From: Clostridiales bacterium
Lineage (GTDB): Bacteria > Bacillota > Clostridia > Christensenellales > JAISNN01
Assembly: GCA_031275485.1 (NCBI GenBank)
Contig: JAISOS010000033.1
Location: 207 to 64,206, forward strand
Direction: 5' to 3'
Length of the DNA: 64,000 nucleotides
Shown one piece after another: positions 1 to 9,430 of this stretch. Positions within the stretch are counted from its first letter, which is position 1. Every line of letters starts with the position of its first letter. The notes beneath the pieces were generated by a model, which was not told the DNA's origin, did no database searches, and saw only the letters and a list, made by a program, of their open reading frames with translations. Position numbers and translations under genes: made by a program.

Positions 1-366
1 GCCGAACGCCGCCTTTTTCGCCGCGAACGGTCCTAAAGAACCATTCTTCATATCGCCCTAATACGAAAAAGTCTTGCGCCTTCCGCAGAAAAATTTTAAC
101 GTTTATATTTACGCAATCCTAATTCGTCAATGATGCTATAAAATACAATCCCGTTTCCGCCGCTATATATTAGGGCGTATTCGCGCAAACGAAAACGGGA
201 TGATTTTAGGCGGTTTCTATGCCTTTTAAGGCGTTTGACGGCACGCAGTAGATAGTGCGCCGCTCGGGAAAATAACGATGCCGAAAAAAAACAATAAGCG
301 CAAAAAAACAAGCCGTTTCCGCTTTATGCGAATACGCGCCGATTTCCGTCGGTACGGAAACCGCCG

Positions 367-1746
367 TTAATACAGCAGTCTACCGTTTTCGCCGTCTATC
401 ACTCTCAAAATATTCGTTTCCTCGCCGGTCTTCGCATCGATATAAACGAAATATTCCGCGCCGCCGAATTCGCAATAAAACTCGTAACACAGCGTTTCCT
501 TCCCGTCCTCAGGAATCAGCGCGAGGCGCACGTTGTCTATCACGAGTCTATCGGACAGCGCGGAGGCGGCGGTTTTCGCGGTCACAGACGGCGGGGACAG
601 TTCGCGCTCCGTGTGATTTAGAAAATAGTTCGCCGTTTCGGCGCCCAGAACGTCGCCGTTGTCCGCCGCAACCTTTATTTTTATCATATCGGGATAAAAA
701 ATTACGCCTTCGCTCTCATATGTGAAATTGACGTATATCACACCGTCGTAGTCGCTGACCCATACGCGGCTCATATTCTCGAAGCCTATGAGCGCGGCGA
801 ACTGAGAGGCGATGGTCACGCACTCGTCCTCGTCCAATTTTTGATCGCCCACGGAGCGGAAATTATTGAGATTCAAAATCCGCCCTCCCCGTTTTGTCAC
901 GGCGACATAAACCGATTGCCCGTCTCCGGTTATCATCAAAAAATTATAAAGAGGGATTACTCCGTCCGACTCGTTCAAAAAATCGATTCCCGCGATACCC
1001 TTTCCGCCGAAAAGCTCTTCGATAACGGCGCGCGCCCCGCTCTCGGTAACATTTTCGCCGTCAAGACCCTTAGCCGTCGTTTTTTCCGCGCTGTCGCTGA
1101 ACGGTCCGTCGTATATCATCTGCGGATACTCGACGGACGTTTCGTTCAGCCCGTCAAAAATGTCCGCCAAAAAGGCGTCCTTACCCGAATAGCCGTTTAT
1201 AAGCCGATAGCCCTCGTCCATTTTGTGCTGGACGCCCGAAAGCTCTAGACCCAAGGTTTCCACCATAAGCCGTATCTCTCCCAACTTATCCTTTTCGCCG
1301 TCGCTCAGCGTTTCGCCTTTTTTGACCCTTTTATAGAGATAATCGGCGTAATCGCCAAGTTGGTTCATAAATTTCATTATACGGCTCTCGCCCGCGTCTC
1401 TTTGAATCAAATGCGCAAGCTGTCCCGTTGAAACGGCGGCCAGTTTGTTGATTTCATTAAGAAGCGTCTCCTGATTTTTGCGTCCCGTCGAAACCGTGAG
1501 CTTGCCTATTTTGCCCTCTATGTCGCTTACGCTTTGGATCAGCTCGTAGAAGGACTGCTCGTAATTGTTTTCGACGTCGCGCATATAGGCTTGTTTGTCC
1601 CTGACGGTTACGACATTATAAACGACCAGCCCGACGACTCCGGCAAGCAAGACCGACGAAATGACTGCCAGTAATACCGTAGCCTTTTTCGCGCCGTAAG
1701 TTTTCGCGCCGCTTTGCGCGGAATTTTTTTCTTTTTTCGCCTTCAT
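367..1746 (-). CDS. ypeB: germination protein YpeB-like
   Basis: ORF 367-1767. Preferred ATG at 1746 follows a GGGGGA SD-like run. N-terminal TM (VLLAVISSVLLAGVVGLVVY), long YpeB-like body and PepSY-like C-terminus. Lies immediately downstream of sleB, as in the canonical sleB-ypeB pair. Confidence 0.7.
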   Translation of the reverse strand: MKAKKEKNSAQSGAKTYGAKKATVLLAVISSVLLAGVVGLVVYNVVTVRDKQAYMRDVENNYEQSFYELIQSVSDIEGKIGKLTVSTGRKNQETLLNEINKLAAVSTGQLAHLIQRDAGESRIMKFMNQLGDYADYLYKRVKKGETLSDGEKDKLGEIRLMVETLGLELSGVQHKMDEGYRLINGYSGKDAFLADIFDGLNETSVEYPQMIYDGPFSDSAEKTTAKGLDGENVTESGARAVIEELFGGKGIAGIDFLNESDGVIPLYNFLMITGDGQSVYVAVTKRGGRILNLNNFRSVGDQKLDEDECVTIASQFAALIGFENMSRVWVSDYDGVIYVNFTYESEGVIFYPDMIKIKVAADNGDVLGAETANYFLNHTERELSPPSVTAKTAASALSDRLVIDNVRLALIPEDGKETLCYEFYCEFGGAEYFVYIDAKTGEETNILRVIDGENGRLLY

Positions 1747-1795
1747 ATCCGATCCCCCCGCCGCCATCTTTTATAGCGGTTATCATATTATTTTA

Positions 1796-1990
1796 TTGCC
1801 GAATTTATTTTGTTTTTTCGTGTCCGCTCACCGTTTTTTTCGCGCGTTTATTCACCGTTTTTCACGCGTTTACCCGTCGATTTATTTATCTTTTTTCGTA
1901 TGTCCGCATTCTCTTTTTTTCATGCGCTTATTCATTTTTCATCGTGTCCGTGTGTCCGTATGCCGTTTTTTCGCGCGTTTTTCCGTCCTT
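1796..1990 (+). repeat. T-tract array (sleB-ypeB spacer)
   Basis: 8 runs of T5-T7 on the plus strand separated by CG-containing words (ccgtttttcacgcg, ccgttttttcgcgcg). No A5+ run on the plus strand. Confidence 0.7.
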
Positions 1991-1994
1991 AGCT

Positions 1995-2720
1995 CTACAC
2001 GCAGAATTTGTGACTGCCGATAGACAGCCGCACCTCGCGGCTGAAAATCCATTGGCTCGTCGCCGTGCGCGGATTATAATAATAGGTACAGCCGTACGTC
2101 GGGTCCCAGCCGTTCAGCGCGTCTTTCGCGGCGTTATACGCGCTTTGGTTTGGCGTAAGATTTATCTGGCCGTCGTGCACTGCGGTAAACGCCCACGGCT
2201 GATATATCACGCCGGGTATCGTATTCGGAAACTGGGAGCTTTTAACGCGGTTCAAAACAACGGCGGCGACGGCGACCTGACCCGTATAAGGCTCGCCGCG
2301 CGCCTCCGCGTAGACGCATTTCGCGAGAATGTCCAAGTCGGAGGATTTATATCCGCTCGCGGACGAACCCGACAGCGTAAGCCCCATAGCCGCGGCGGTT
2401 TGCGCTCCGACTATACCGTCCGCCGCCAGCTTGTTTTGACGCTGAAACGACTTGACCGCCGCGGCGGTTTGCGCTCCGTAAATGCCGTCCACCGCGCCGC
2501 CGTAATACCCCCAATTTTTCAGCTTTTTCTGCACCGCTTTGACGTCCTCGCCGCGGTTGCCCTGTCTCAGCGCCGCCGCCTCCGCGACCTCGCCGTACTC
2601 GCCCGAGCCGCTCAAAAACGCCTGCGCTCGCGGAACGATTTCATCGTAAAAAACCAAAAAATATCCGACCGCAAGCATAATAACGCACGCCGCCGCAAAA
2701 AATTTCACACCTCTGCCCAT
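1995..2720 (-). CDS. sleB: spore cortex-lytic enzyme SleB
   Basis: N-terminal TM and PG-binding repeats (GYYGGAVDGIYGAQTAAAVKSFQ, LAADGIVGAQT). C-terminal cell-wall hydrolase motifs (AEARGEPYTGQVAVAAVVLNRV, YQPWAFT). AAGGAG SD 8 nt before the ATG. Confidence 0.85.
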   Translation of the reverse strand: MGRGVKFFAAACVIMLAVGYFLVFYDEIVPRAQAFLSGSGEYGEVAEAAALRQGNRGEDVKAVQKKLKNWGYYGGAVDGIYGAQTAAAVKSFQRQNKLAADGIVGAQTAAAMGLTLSGSSASGYKSSDLDILAKCVYAEARGEPYTGQVAVAAVVLNRVKSSQFPNTIPGVIYQPWAFTAVHDGQINLTPNQSAYNAAKDALNGWDPTYGCTYYYNPRTATSQWIFSREVRLSIGSHKFCV

Positions 2721-2824
2721 TGTTTTTCTCCTTTTTATTTTTTGGGGGTTCTAAATTTCCGTGATAAAAACGGGATACGGGCGGGGCAAAATCATCACGG
2801 ATTTTTAGAACTCCCTTATTTTTT

Positions 2825-2887
2825 AAATTATGCGGGGGAAACTTTTTTAAAAAAGGTCCCACTCCGCGCCTCTTTCCAAAAAACTTT
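2825..2887 (-). repeat. REP1 hairpin element
   Basis: aaattatgcgggggaaac..ccgcgcctctttccaaaaaacttt. TAATTT arm faces the sleB start (105 bp). Confidence 0.7.
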
Positions 2888-2940
2888 ACGCTGTATTTAT
2901 TATACAAAGTATAGCCGTTCCGCGCCGGTTTACACAATAC

Positions 2941-3091
2941 TACGCGCGGTTTTTGCGCGGTTCTATACCGTGTTTTTGCGCATGCTTTTATACGTTTTTA
3001 CACGTTTCCACGCTTGCGCTTTTACGTGTTTTTAAGCCGTTTTTACGGTATTTTTAACGCTTTTCCCGCGTTATTTTTTATGCCCTTCTTT
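2941..3091 (+). repeat. T-tract array
   Basis: Runs cgtgtttttgcg, acgtttttacacg, cgtgtttttaag, ccgtttttacgg, tatttttaacg spaced about 10-13 bp. Abuts the spoIIR stop. Confidence 0.65.
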
Positions 3092-3667
3092 CTAATTTGC
3101 GGAGTCGAAAAAGCCGGCGATTATTTCCAATATTTTCGAGCGGTATTTTACAAGCCCGCTACCGTCGTTTTCCGCCGGAATAAAGCAGAGCGGAGGAAAG
3201 GCTATGCACCACCAATTGTCGCCGCGCGCCTCGCCCAATTCCAAAATCAACGCGGTATAGACTCCTTTTTCTAAGACTATATCGCCGTATATGCGCGTGG
3301 GAAATTCTTCGTCCTTTATATTCGCCGCCGCTCCGTAGCCGCGCCCGTCGTTTTTCAAAATTCTATCGGCGAGAGCCGAAAGCTCTCCCAAACGCCCTTC
3401 CAAACGCTCCGCCGCAGCCGCAGCCGAACCGCATTCAGCGAGAACGGGCGTGAGATACGCGACCACTCCGTCGCGCACGGCGTACTTTGCGCCCTGGTCT
3501 TCCGCCGAATTGCTGTTGGCGCGTATATGAATCCGCAAATATTGGGTCACGGGCTTATCCCCCGCTTCCGAATAATCCTCAAAAAACGCGAGCGCGTTGA
3601 AAACCAAAACGGCGGCAAGCGCAATTCCCGCAACGACGACCGCCGTTATGTATCCCTTCTTTTTCAT
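3092..3667 (-). CDS. spoIIR: stage II sporulation protein R
   Basis: LRIHIRANSNSAEDQ..VRD and NWWCIAFPPLC motifs, with an N-terminal TM. Start placed at ATG 3667 (AAGGAG SD). The longer ORF to 3751 reads through a REP1 copy. Confidence 0.8.
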   Translation of the reverse strand: MKKKGYITAVVVAGIALAAVLVFNALAFFEDYSEAGDKPVTQYLRIHIRANSNSAEDQGAKYAVRDGVVAYLTPVLAECGSAAAAAERLEGRLGELSALADRILKNDGRGYGAAANIKDEEFPTRIYGDIVLEKGVYTALILELGEARGDNWWCIAFPPLCFIPAENDGSGLVKYRSKILEIIAGFFDSAN

Positions 3668-3691
3668 AATAAGCTCCTTTTTTGTTTTTTT

Positions 3692-3759
3692 GAATTTACG
3701 CGTAGGAAATCTTTTTGCGAACAAAGAGCTTTCCCGCGCGCCTCTTTCCAAAAACTTCG
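3692..3759 (-). repeat. REP1 hairpin element
   Basis: gaatttacgcgtaggaaatc..cccgcgcgcctctttccaaaaacttcg. TAATTT arm faces the spoIIR start (25 bp). Confidence 0.7.
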
Positions 3760-4024
3760 ATAATGAATATATCTATATAAGCCAATTGAAAAGACATAAA
3801 TCCTTATTCGCGGTATGATTATTGCCGCAAAAAAAAAAATTATACAGGCGCGAAAAATTATGTTTCTTTAAACGTCCGTTAAAAAAATAAAATCACAATT
3901 TAAAATAAAGCGCGGCAAATAAAAAAAGCCTCCTTTAAAAAAAAGAAAGGCAACCGCGAGGCTATCGTAAATCCGTTCTTGGTAAACGGATTTAACAAAT
4001 CCGCGCCTAAATGTATGACGCAGG

Positions 4025-4088
4025 AATTTTTTGAGAAAAAGGCGCGGGGGGAAAGCCCTTCGTTCGCAAAAGGTTTCCCCGCATATTT
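4025..4088 (+). repeat. REP1 hairpin element
   Basis: aattttttgagaaaaaggcgcggggggaaagccc..aaaaggtttccccgcatattt. TAATTT arm faces the adhE stop (21 bp). Confidence 0.7.
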
Positions 4089-4108
4089 CCAAAGAAAATC
4101 CCCTCAAA

Positions 4109-6715
4109 TTATCCTTTTCCCTCAAACGCCTTTATATACATATTTTTTATTTCGGAAAACAACGGGTAACGCGGATTCGCGCCCGTGCATTGATCGTCGA
4201 ACGCCTGTTCGGTCATTTCGTCGAGTCTCGCGTAAAATTCCTCAGCATTCACGCCGTATTCTTTGATAGTTTTTTTAATTCCGACTTTTTCTTTCAGGAC
4301 GTCTATCGCGGCGATCAGGTTTTCGAGCTTTTCCTTGTCGGTCTTGCCTCCGATGCCCAGATAATCGGCTATTTCGGCGTATCTCGCGAGAGTGTTCGGA
4401 TAGGCGTATTGCGGAAAGGTTCCCATTTTCGGCGGTCTTTCGTCGGCGTTGAAGCGCAGAACCTCGTCTATCATTAGCGCGTTGGCGATTCCGTGCGGGA
4501 GATGAAAGAAAGAGCCTAATTTGTGCGCCATAGAGTGGCACACGCCGAGAAAGGCGTTCGCGAAAGCCATTCCCGCCATCGTCGCCGCGTGCGCGGTTTT
4601 TTCTCGTGCGAGAGGAGCGTCCGCGCCGTTCTCGTATGCGGACGGAAGATAGTCGAAAATAAGCTTCAGACTTCTAAGCGCGAGGCTGTCCGTAAAGTCC
4701 GTAGCGAGCATGGACGCGTATGCCTCCAAGGCGTGCGTCAGAGCGTCGACGCCCGACGCGCTTGTCAGACTCTTCGGCGCGTTCATCATCATATCCGCGT
4801 CGATAACCGCCATATCCGGCATCAATTCGTAGTCTGCGATAGGATATTTCACGCCGCTTTTCCCGTCCGTAATGACCGCGAAGGGCGTAACCTCGCTACC
4901 CGTCCCCGCCGTGGTCGGCACGGCGACGAAATATGCCTTTCCGCCCATTTTCGGAAAGGTATAGACGCGTTTTCTTATGTCGCCGAAACGCATCGCCATA
5001 TCCTCGAAATCCGCGTCGGGATGCTCGTATAGAACCCACATAATCTTGCCCGCGTCCATAGCCGAACCTCCGCCGACGGCGATTATGCAGTCCGGTTCGA
5101 ACGCGGTCATTCTCGCCGCTCCCTCTTTCGCGCAGTCGAGAGTAGGATCCGGCGCGACGTCGAAAAAGCAGTCGTGAACGATGCCCGCCCGGTCGAGTAT
5201 GTCCGTGACGGCTTTCGTATAGCCGTTTTTGTAGAGGAAATTGTCAGTAACTATAAAAACGCGTTTTTTATTCAATACGCTTTTCAATTCGTCGAGAGCG
5301 ACGGGCAGACAGCCCCTTTTGAAATAGACCTTTTCGGGTGTTCTGAACCAAAGCATATTCTCTTTCCTCTCCGCAACGGTTTTAAAATTTATAAGGTGTT
5401 TAACTCCGACGTTCTCCGAGACGCTGTTGCCTCCGGCATATCCGCAGCCAAGCGTCAAAGACGGCGCAAGCATAAAGTTATATATGTTGCCGATCCCGCC
5501 CTGTGCGGACGGCATATTGACCACGACGCGGCAGGTTCGCATACGAGCCGCAAACTTATCCAGCCGTTCGCGTCCCCTTGCCGTATCGATAAATATCGAG
5601 GCGGTATGCCCTAAGCCTCCCTCAAAAATCAACCTCTCCGCTTTACAGAGCGCATCGTCGAAATCTTTCGCCTTATACATAGCCAAAATCGGGGAGAGCT
5701 TTTCGTGCGCGAACTCCTCCTCCGGCTCGACGCTTTCGACCTCGCCTATCAGCAACTTCGTGTCCTCGGGCACGTTGAAACCCGCGAGATTCGCTATATC
5801 GCGCGCCGGTCGGCCGACGATTTTAGCGTTCAGCGCGCCGTTTATCAATATGACCTTTCTCAGTTTGCCGGTCTCCTCGTCCGTAAGGATTCGGCAACCG
5901 CGCGCCGCAAATTCCTTTTTTACCTTACCGTAAATTTTTTCTGGCACGATAACCGCCTGTTCGGACGCGCAAATCATACCGTAATCGAAAATCTTGGAAT
6001 GAATAATGGAGCTTACCGCCGTCAAAATATCCGCGCTCTCATCGATTAACGCGGGCACGTTGCCGGGTCCCACGCCTATCGCGGGCTTGCCGCTCGAGTA
6101 CGCCGCCTTGACCATACCCGGACCGCCCGTCGCCAAAATGACGTCCGCCTCCCTCATCGCCATATTCGTAAGCTCCAAAGACGGCGCGTCTATCCAGCCG
6201 ATAATCCCATCCGGCGCGCCCGCCCCGACGGCGGCGTCAAGGACGATTTTCGCCGCCTCTATCGTGCATTTCTTAGCCCGCGGATGCGGACTTATCACGA
6301 TGCCGTTCCGCGTTTTCAGAGCCAAAAGCGTCTTGAAAATCGCCGTCGAAGTCGGATTTGTCGTAGGTATGACGGCGGTGATAATACCCGCAGGCTCGGC
6401 TATTTTTTTGTAGCCGAACGAAGCGTTCTCCTCGACGACGCCGCACGTCTTAACGTTCTTGTATGCGTTGTAGATATACTCCGCCGCGTAATGATTTTTC
6501 ACAACCTTATCCTCCGCAAGCCCCATTCCAGTCTCGGCGACAGCCGCCTTCGCAAGCGGAATCCTCGCCTTCACCGCCGCCTCCGCAGCGGCTAAAAATA
6601 TCTTGTCCGTCTTTTCCTGCGTGAATTCCGCGAAGAGCCGTTGCGCCGTCCTCACCCTCTCGAAAACCTCTAATAACGCCTCCGGACTGTCCGTAATCCG
6701 TATATTTCCGTTCAT
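4109..6715 (-). CDS. adhE: bifunctional acetaldehyde-CoA/alcohol dehydrogenase
   Basis: About 868 aa. N-terminal ALDH domain (VIPTTNPTSTAIFK) and C-terminal Fe-ADH domain (GGGSAMDAGK, HxxxH region). ATG 6715 has a GAGG SD. The GTG at 6721 is less likely. Confidence 0.95.
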   Translation of the reverse strand: MNGNIRITDSPEALLEVFERVRTAQRLFAEFTQEKTDKIFLAAAEAAVKARIPLAKAAVAETGMGLAEDKVVKNHYAAEYIYNAYKNVKTCGVVEENASFGYKKIAEPAGIITAVIPTTNPTSTAIFKTLLALKTRNGIVISPHPRAKKCTIEAAKIVLDAAVGAGAPDGIIGWIDAPSLELTNMAMREADVILATGGPGMVKAAYSSGKPAIGVGPGNVPALIDESADILTAVSSIIHSKIFDYGMICASEQAVIVPEKIYGKVKKEFAARGCRILTDEETGKLRKVILINGALNAKIVGRPARDIANLAGFNVPEDTKLLIGEVESVEPEEEFAHEKLSPILAMYKAKDFDDALCKAERLIFEGGLGHTASIFIDTARGRERLDKFAARMRTCRVVVNMPSAQGGIGNIYNFMLAPSLTLGCGYAGGNSVSENVGVKHLINFKTVAERKENMLWFRTPEKVYFKRGCLPVALDELKSVLNKKRVFIVTDNFLYKNGYTKAVTDILDRAGIVHDCFFDVAPDPTLDCAKEGAARMTAFEPDCIIAVGGGSAMDAGKIMWVLYEHPDADFEDMAMRFGDIRKRVYTFPKMGGKAYFVAVPTTAGTGSEVTPFAVITDGKSGVKYPIADYELMPDMAVIDADMMMNAPKSLTSASGVDALTHALEAYASMLATDFTDSLALRSLKLIFDYLPSAYENGADAPLAREKTAHAATMAGMAFANAFLGVCHSMAHKLGSFFHLPHGIANALMIDEVLRFNADERPPKMGTFPQYAYPNTLARYAEIADYLGIGGKTDKEKLENLIAAIDVLKEKVGIKKTIKEYGVNAEEFYARLDEMTEQAFDDQCTGANPRYPLFSEIKNMYIKAFEGKG

Positions 6716-6749
6716 AAACACCTCGTATACATTTTTAAAAAAATAAAGA

Positions 6750-6767
6750 TTGATAAAATTTTAACAC
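6750..6767. promoter_or_regulatory. Rex-box-like operator (proximal)
   Basis: TTGATAAAATTTTAACAC versus the clostridial Rex consensus TTGTTAANNNNTTAACAA (12/14 defined positions). Lies 35 bp upstream of the adhE ATG. Confidence 0.5.
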
Positions 6768-6813
6768 AATCTCGAAAAAAACGCAAGCAAAAAAGCGGCG
6801 AATTACAAAAATA

Positions 6814-6831
6814 TTGATAAAATTTTAACGA
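6814..6831. promoter_or_regulatory. Rex-box-like operator (distal)
   Basis: TTGATAAAATTTTAACGA (12/14 defined positions). Same 16-mer core as the proximal site, 64 bp away. Confidence 0.5.
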
Positions 6832-6861
6832 ATTTTTACGAATGGGAATAATTTTTTAAAA

Positions 6862-6926
6862 AAAATATGATGGGGAAGCCTTTTGTTCACAAAAGGCTTC
6901 CCCATCACCCCTTTCCAAAAAACCTT
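6862..6926 (-). repeat. REP1 hairpin element
   Basis: Perfect 16-bp stem gatggggaagcctttt/aaaaggcttccccatc with compensatory changes relative to the consensus. TAATTT arm faces the adhE start (147 bp). Confidence 0.75.
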
Positions 6927-7164
6927 AACGTTTCTTACGGTTCCGTTCAAGCGGAACGATACGGACAGGTTCTTTGCTAAACCCGACTAAGCGTTGTCGC
7001 GACGTTTTTTTACTAAACTTCCATAAGCGTTGAGCAGGCGCTTTTTTAGGAAACATCTTTGTAAAAAAAACTTTTACGCGGCAATTACAATTCATAACGA
7101 TTATAACGCACAAAAAAAATTAACCGCAACGCCCTTATTTGAAAATAAAATTAAAAAAAGCGGA

Positions 7165-7228
7165 GGTCTTTTGAAAAGGGGCGCGGGGGAAAACCTTTTC
7201 TCCCAGAAAAGGCTTCCCCCGCGTTAAG
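7165..7228 (+). repeat. REP1 hairpin element
   Basis: ggtcttttgaaaaggggcgcgggggaaaacc..ggcttcccccgcgttaag. TAATTT arm faces the pnp stop (12 bp). Confidence 0.75.
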
Positions 7229-7239
7229 CCTTAACAAAA

Positions 7240-9327
7240 TCAGTTCTTGTTCAATATCGCGACGAGTTTGAGGTCTATTCTGCTTTTTTCGTCTATTTTA
7301 ATGACCTTAACTCTAACGAGGTCGCCTATGTTGATGACGTCCTCGACCTTTTCGACTCTCGTATCGGAGAGCTTGGAGATATGGATCATTCCGTCCTTTC
7401 CCGGAGCGAGTTCCACGAACGCGCCGAATTGCAGAACGCGAACCACCTTTCCCTCGAAAAAGTCGCCGACTTCGGGGTCTTTGACAATGGACAGAACGAT
7501 TTTTTTCGCCTTATTGCAGGTCTCTAAATCATTATGCGCGATAAAGACGAGTCCGTCGTCGGTGATGTCGATTTTGACGCCCGTATCCTCGATAATTTTG
7601 TTTATGACCTTTCCGCCGCTACCGATGACCTCGCGGATTTTATCCGGATCGATATTAAACTTGATTATTTTAGGCGCGTACTCGCTGAGATTCGGGCGCA
7701 CCGCCGGAAGAACCTCCAGCATTTTGCCCAAAATGTGCATTCTTCCCTCTTTCGCCTGCGCGAGAGCGGTACGCAAAATATCCTCGTCTATGCCGCCGAT
7801 TTTAATATCCATCTGAATGGCGGTGATACCGTCCTTAGTTCCCGCGACCTTGAAATCCATATCGCCGAAAAAGTCCTCCAGACCCTGAATATCCGAAAGT
7901 ATGGCTACCCTGCCGTTCTCCTTAATCAGTCCCATAGCGATGCCCGCGACCGGCGCCTTTATAGGCACGCCCGCGTCCATAAGCGCAAGCGTCGAGCCGC
8001 ATACGCTTGCCTGAGAGGTGGAGCCGTTGGAGCTTAAAATCTCCGAAACCGTCCTTATCGCATAAGGAAATTCGGCTTCGGTAGGCAGGACGGGTTCGAG
8101 CGCGCGTTCGGCAAGCGCACCGTGCCCGATTTCGCGTCTGCCCGGACTTCTCAGATTTTTGGCCTCGCCCGTGCTGTACGGAGGCATATTATAGTGATGC
8201 ATATACCGTTTGAAAACGTCGTCGTCTATGCCGTCTAACTTCTGAACCTCGCTTATCGTGCCCAGCGTCGCCGTAGTCAGCGCCTGCGTTTGTCCTCTCG
8301 TGAACACGCCGCTGCCGTGTACTCTCGGCAAAATACCGTGTTCGCACCAAATAGGGCGTATTTCCGTCGCCTTTCTGCCGTCGGGGCGTATGCCTTGATT
8401 GACGATTTTTTCCCTGACCTTGGCTTTTTGGAGAGAATAGAGCGCCTCTCCCGCGTCCTTAACGTGTTCGGGGTCGTTCTCGACAAAATACGCTTCGATT
8501 TTTTCTTTCAAAGCCTTTTCCTTTTCTTGACGCGCCGCCCTGTCGTACTCGTCGTACACATCGTTCAAATCCTTGGCGGCAAGATCCGCGACGCGGAGCT
8601 TGACGTCCTCCGGCGCCTCGTACAGCTTAAATTCCTTTTTAGGCTTCCCCGCCGCCTTGGTTATGTCCTCTATGAACGCGACGATTTTTTTGATTTTCCC
8701 GTGTCCGAACAGTATCGCGCCGAGCATTTCCTCCTCGCTGACCTCGTTCGCGCCCGCTTCGACCATCATAATCGCGCCCTTAGTGCCTGACAGCGAGAGA
8801 TTTAAGCGGCTTTTTTCCCTTTGGGCGTTATCGGGATTGATGACGTATTCGCCGTCCACAAGCCCGACGATAACCGAACCGGTAGGACCGTTGAACGGAA
8901 TATCCGAAATAGAGAGCGCGATAGAGCTGCCTATCATGCCGAATACGTCGGGCGCGATATTCGTATCCACGCTGAGCGCCGTCGCGACGACGGAAATGTC
9001 GTTATAAAGACCGTGCGGAAACAGCGGTCTTATAGGTCTGTCGATCAGCCGCGAAACCAAAATCGCCTTGTCGCTGGCTCTGCCCTCGCGTCTTTTGAAG
9101 CCGCCCGGAATTTTCCCTACGGCGTACATTTTCTCCTCGAAATCCACGGCGAGCGGCAAAAAATCCACTCCGTCGCGCGGTTTGTCGCTTATAGTAACGT
9201 TGGTGAGCACGACCGTGTCGCCGCACCTTATAAGGCACGAGCCGTTAGCCTGTCCGCAGTACGTCCCAATCTCGACGGTCATAGGTCTGCCGCCGACCGT
9301 CGTCTCAAAAATCTGTCTTTCCGTCAT
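7240..9327 (-). CDS. pnp: polyribonucleotide nucleotidyltransferase (PNPase)
   Basis: 695 aa with two RNase PH domains plus C-terminal KH and S1 (GKVVRVLQFGAFVEL). GGGAGG SD. Confidence 0.95.
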   Translation of the reverse strand: MTERQIFETTVGGRPMTVEIGTYCGQANGSCLIRCGDTVVLTNVTISDKPRDGVDFLPLAVDFEEKMYAVGKIPGGFKRREGRASDKAILVSRLIDRPIRPLFPHGLYNDISVVATALSVDTNIAPDVFGMIGSSIALSISDIPFNGPTGSVIVGLVDGEYVINPDNAQREKSRLNLSLSGTKGAIMMVEAGANEVSEEEMLGAILFGHGKIKKIVAFIEDITKAAGKPKKEFKLYEAPEDVKLRVADLAAKDLNDVYDEYDRAARQEKEKALKEKIEAYFVENDPEHVKDAGEALYSLQKAKVREKIVNQGIRPDGRKATEIRPIWCEHGILPRVHGSGVFTRGQTQALTTATLGTISEVQKLDGIDDDVFKRYMHHYNMPPYSTGEAKNLRSPGRREIGHGALAERALEPVLPTEAEFPYAIRTVSEILSSNGSTSQASVCGSTLALMDAGVPIKAPVAGIAMGLIKENGRVAILSDIQGLEDFFGDMDFKVAGTKDGITAIQMDIKIGGIDEDILRTALAQAKEGRMHILGKMLEVLPAVRPNLSEYAPKIIKFNIDPDKIREVIGSGGKVINKIIEDTGVKIDITDDGLVFIAHNDLETCNKAKKIVLSIVKDPEVGDFFEGKVVRVLQFGAFVELAPGKDGMIHISKLSDTRVEKVEDVINIGDLVRVKVIKIDEKSRIDLKLVAILNKN

Positions 9328-9404
9328 TCTTAATTTCCTCCCGCTCCGCCCAAACTACCCGGTTCGAAGCTTTTTTTATTTTTTATTTTTTTGTATTTTT
9401 TGTT

Positions 9405-9430
9405 TGCGCGTCCCTTTCTAAAAAACTTTA
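9405..9430 (-). repeat. REP1 fragment (GGAAAGG arm only)
   Basis: gcgcgtccctttctaaaaaacttt without the hairpin. Lies upstream of the pnp start in the usual orientation. Confidence 0.4.

Noticed and set aside
1-51. Possible 5' end of a minus-strand CDS (MKNGSLGPFAAKKAAFG...) running off the window
   Set aside because: Only 17 codons are visible, the SD is weak and the product is not identifiable.
1944-3035. 363-aa plus-strand ORF
   Set aside because: It runs antisense through sleB and continues through a REP1 copy and a T-tract array. Its composition is R-, L- and F-rich and no domain is recognisable.
9361-9370. tRNA T-loop-like GGTTCGAAGC
   Set aside because: No acceptor, D or anticodon arms can be drawn around it. 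It lies in the pnp 5' region.
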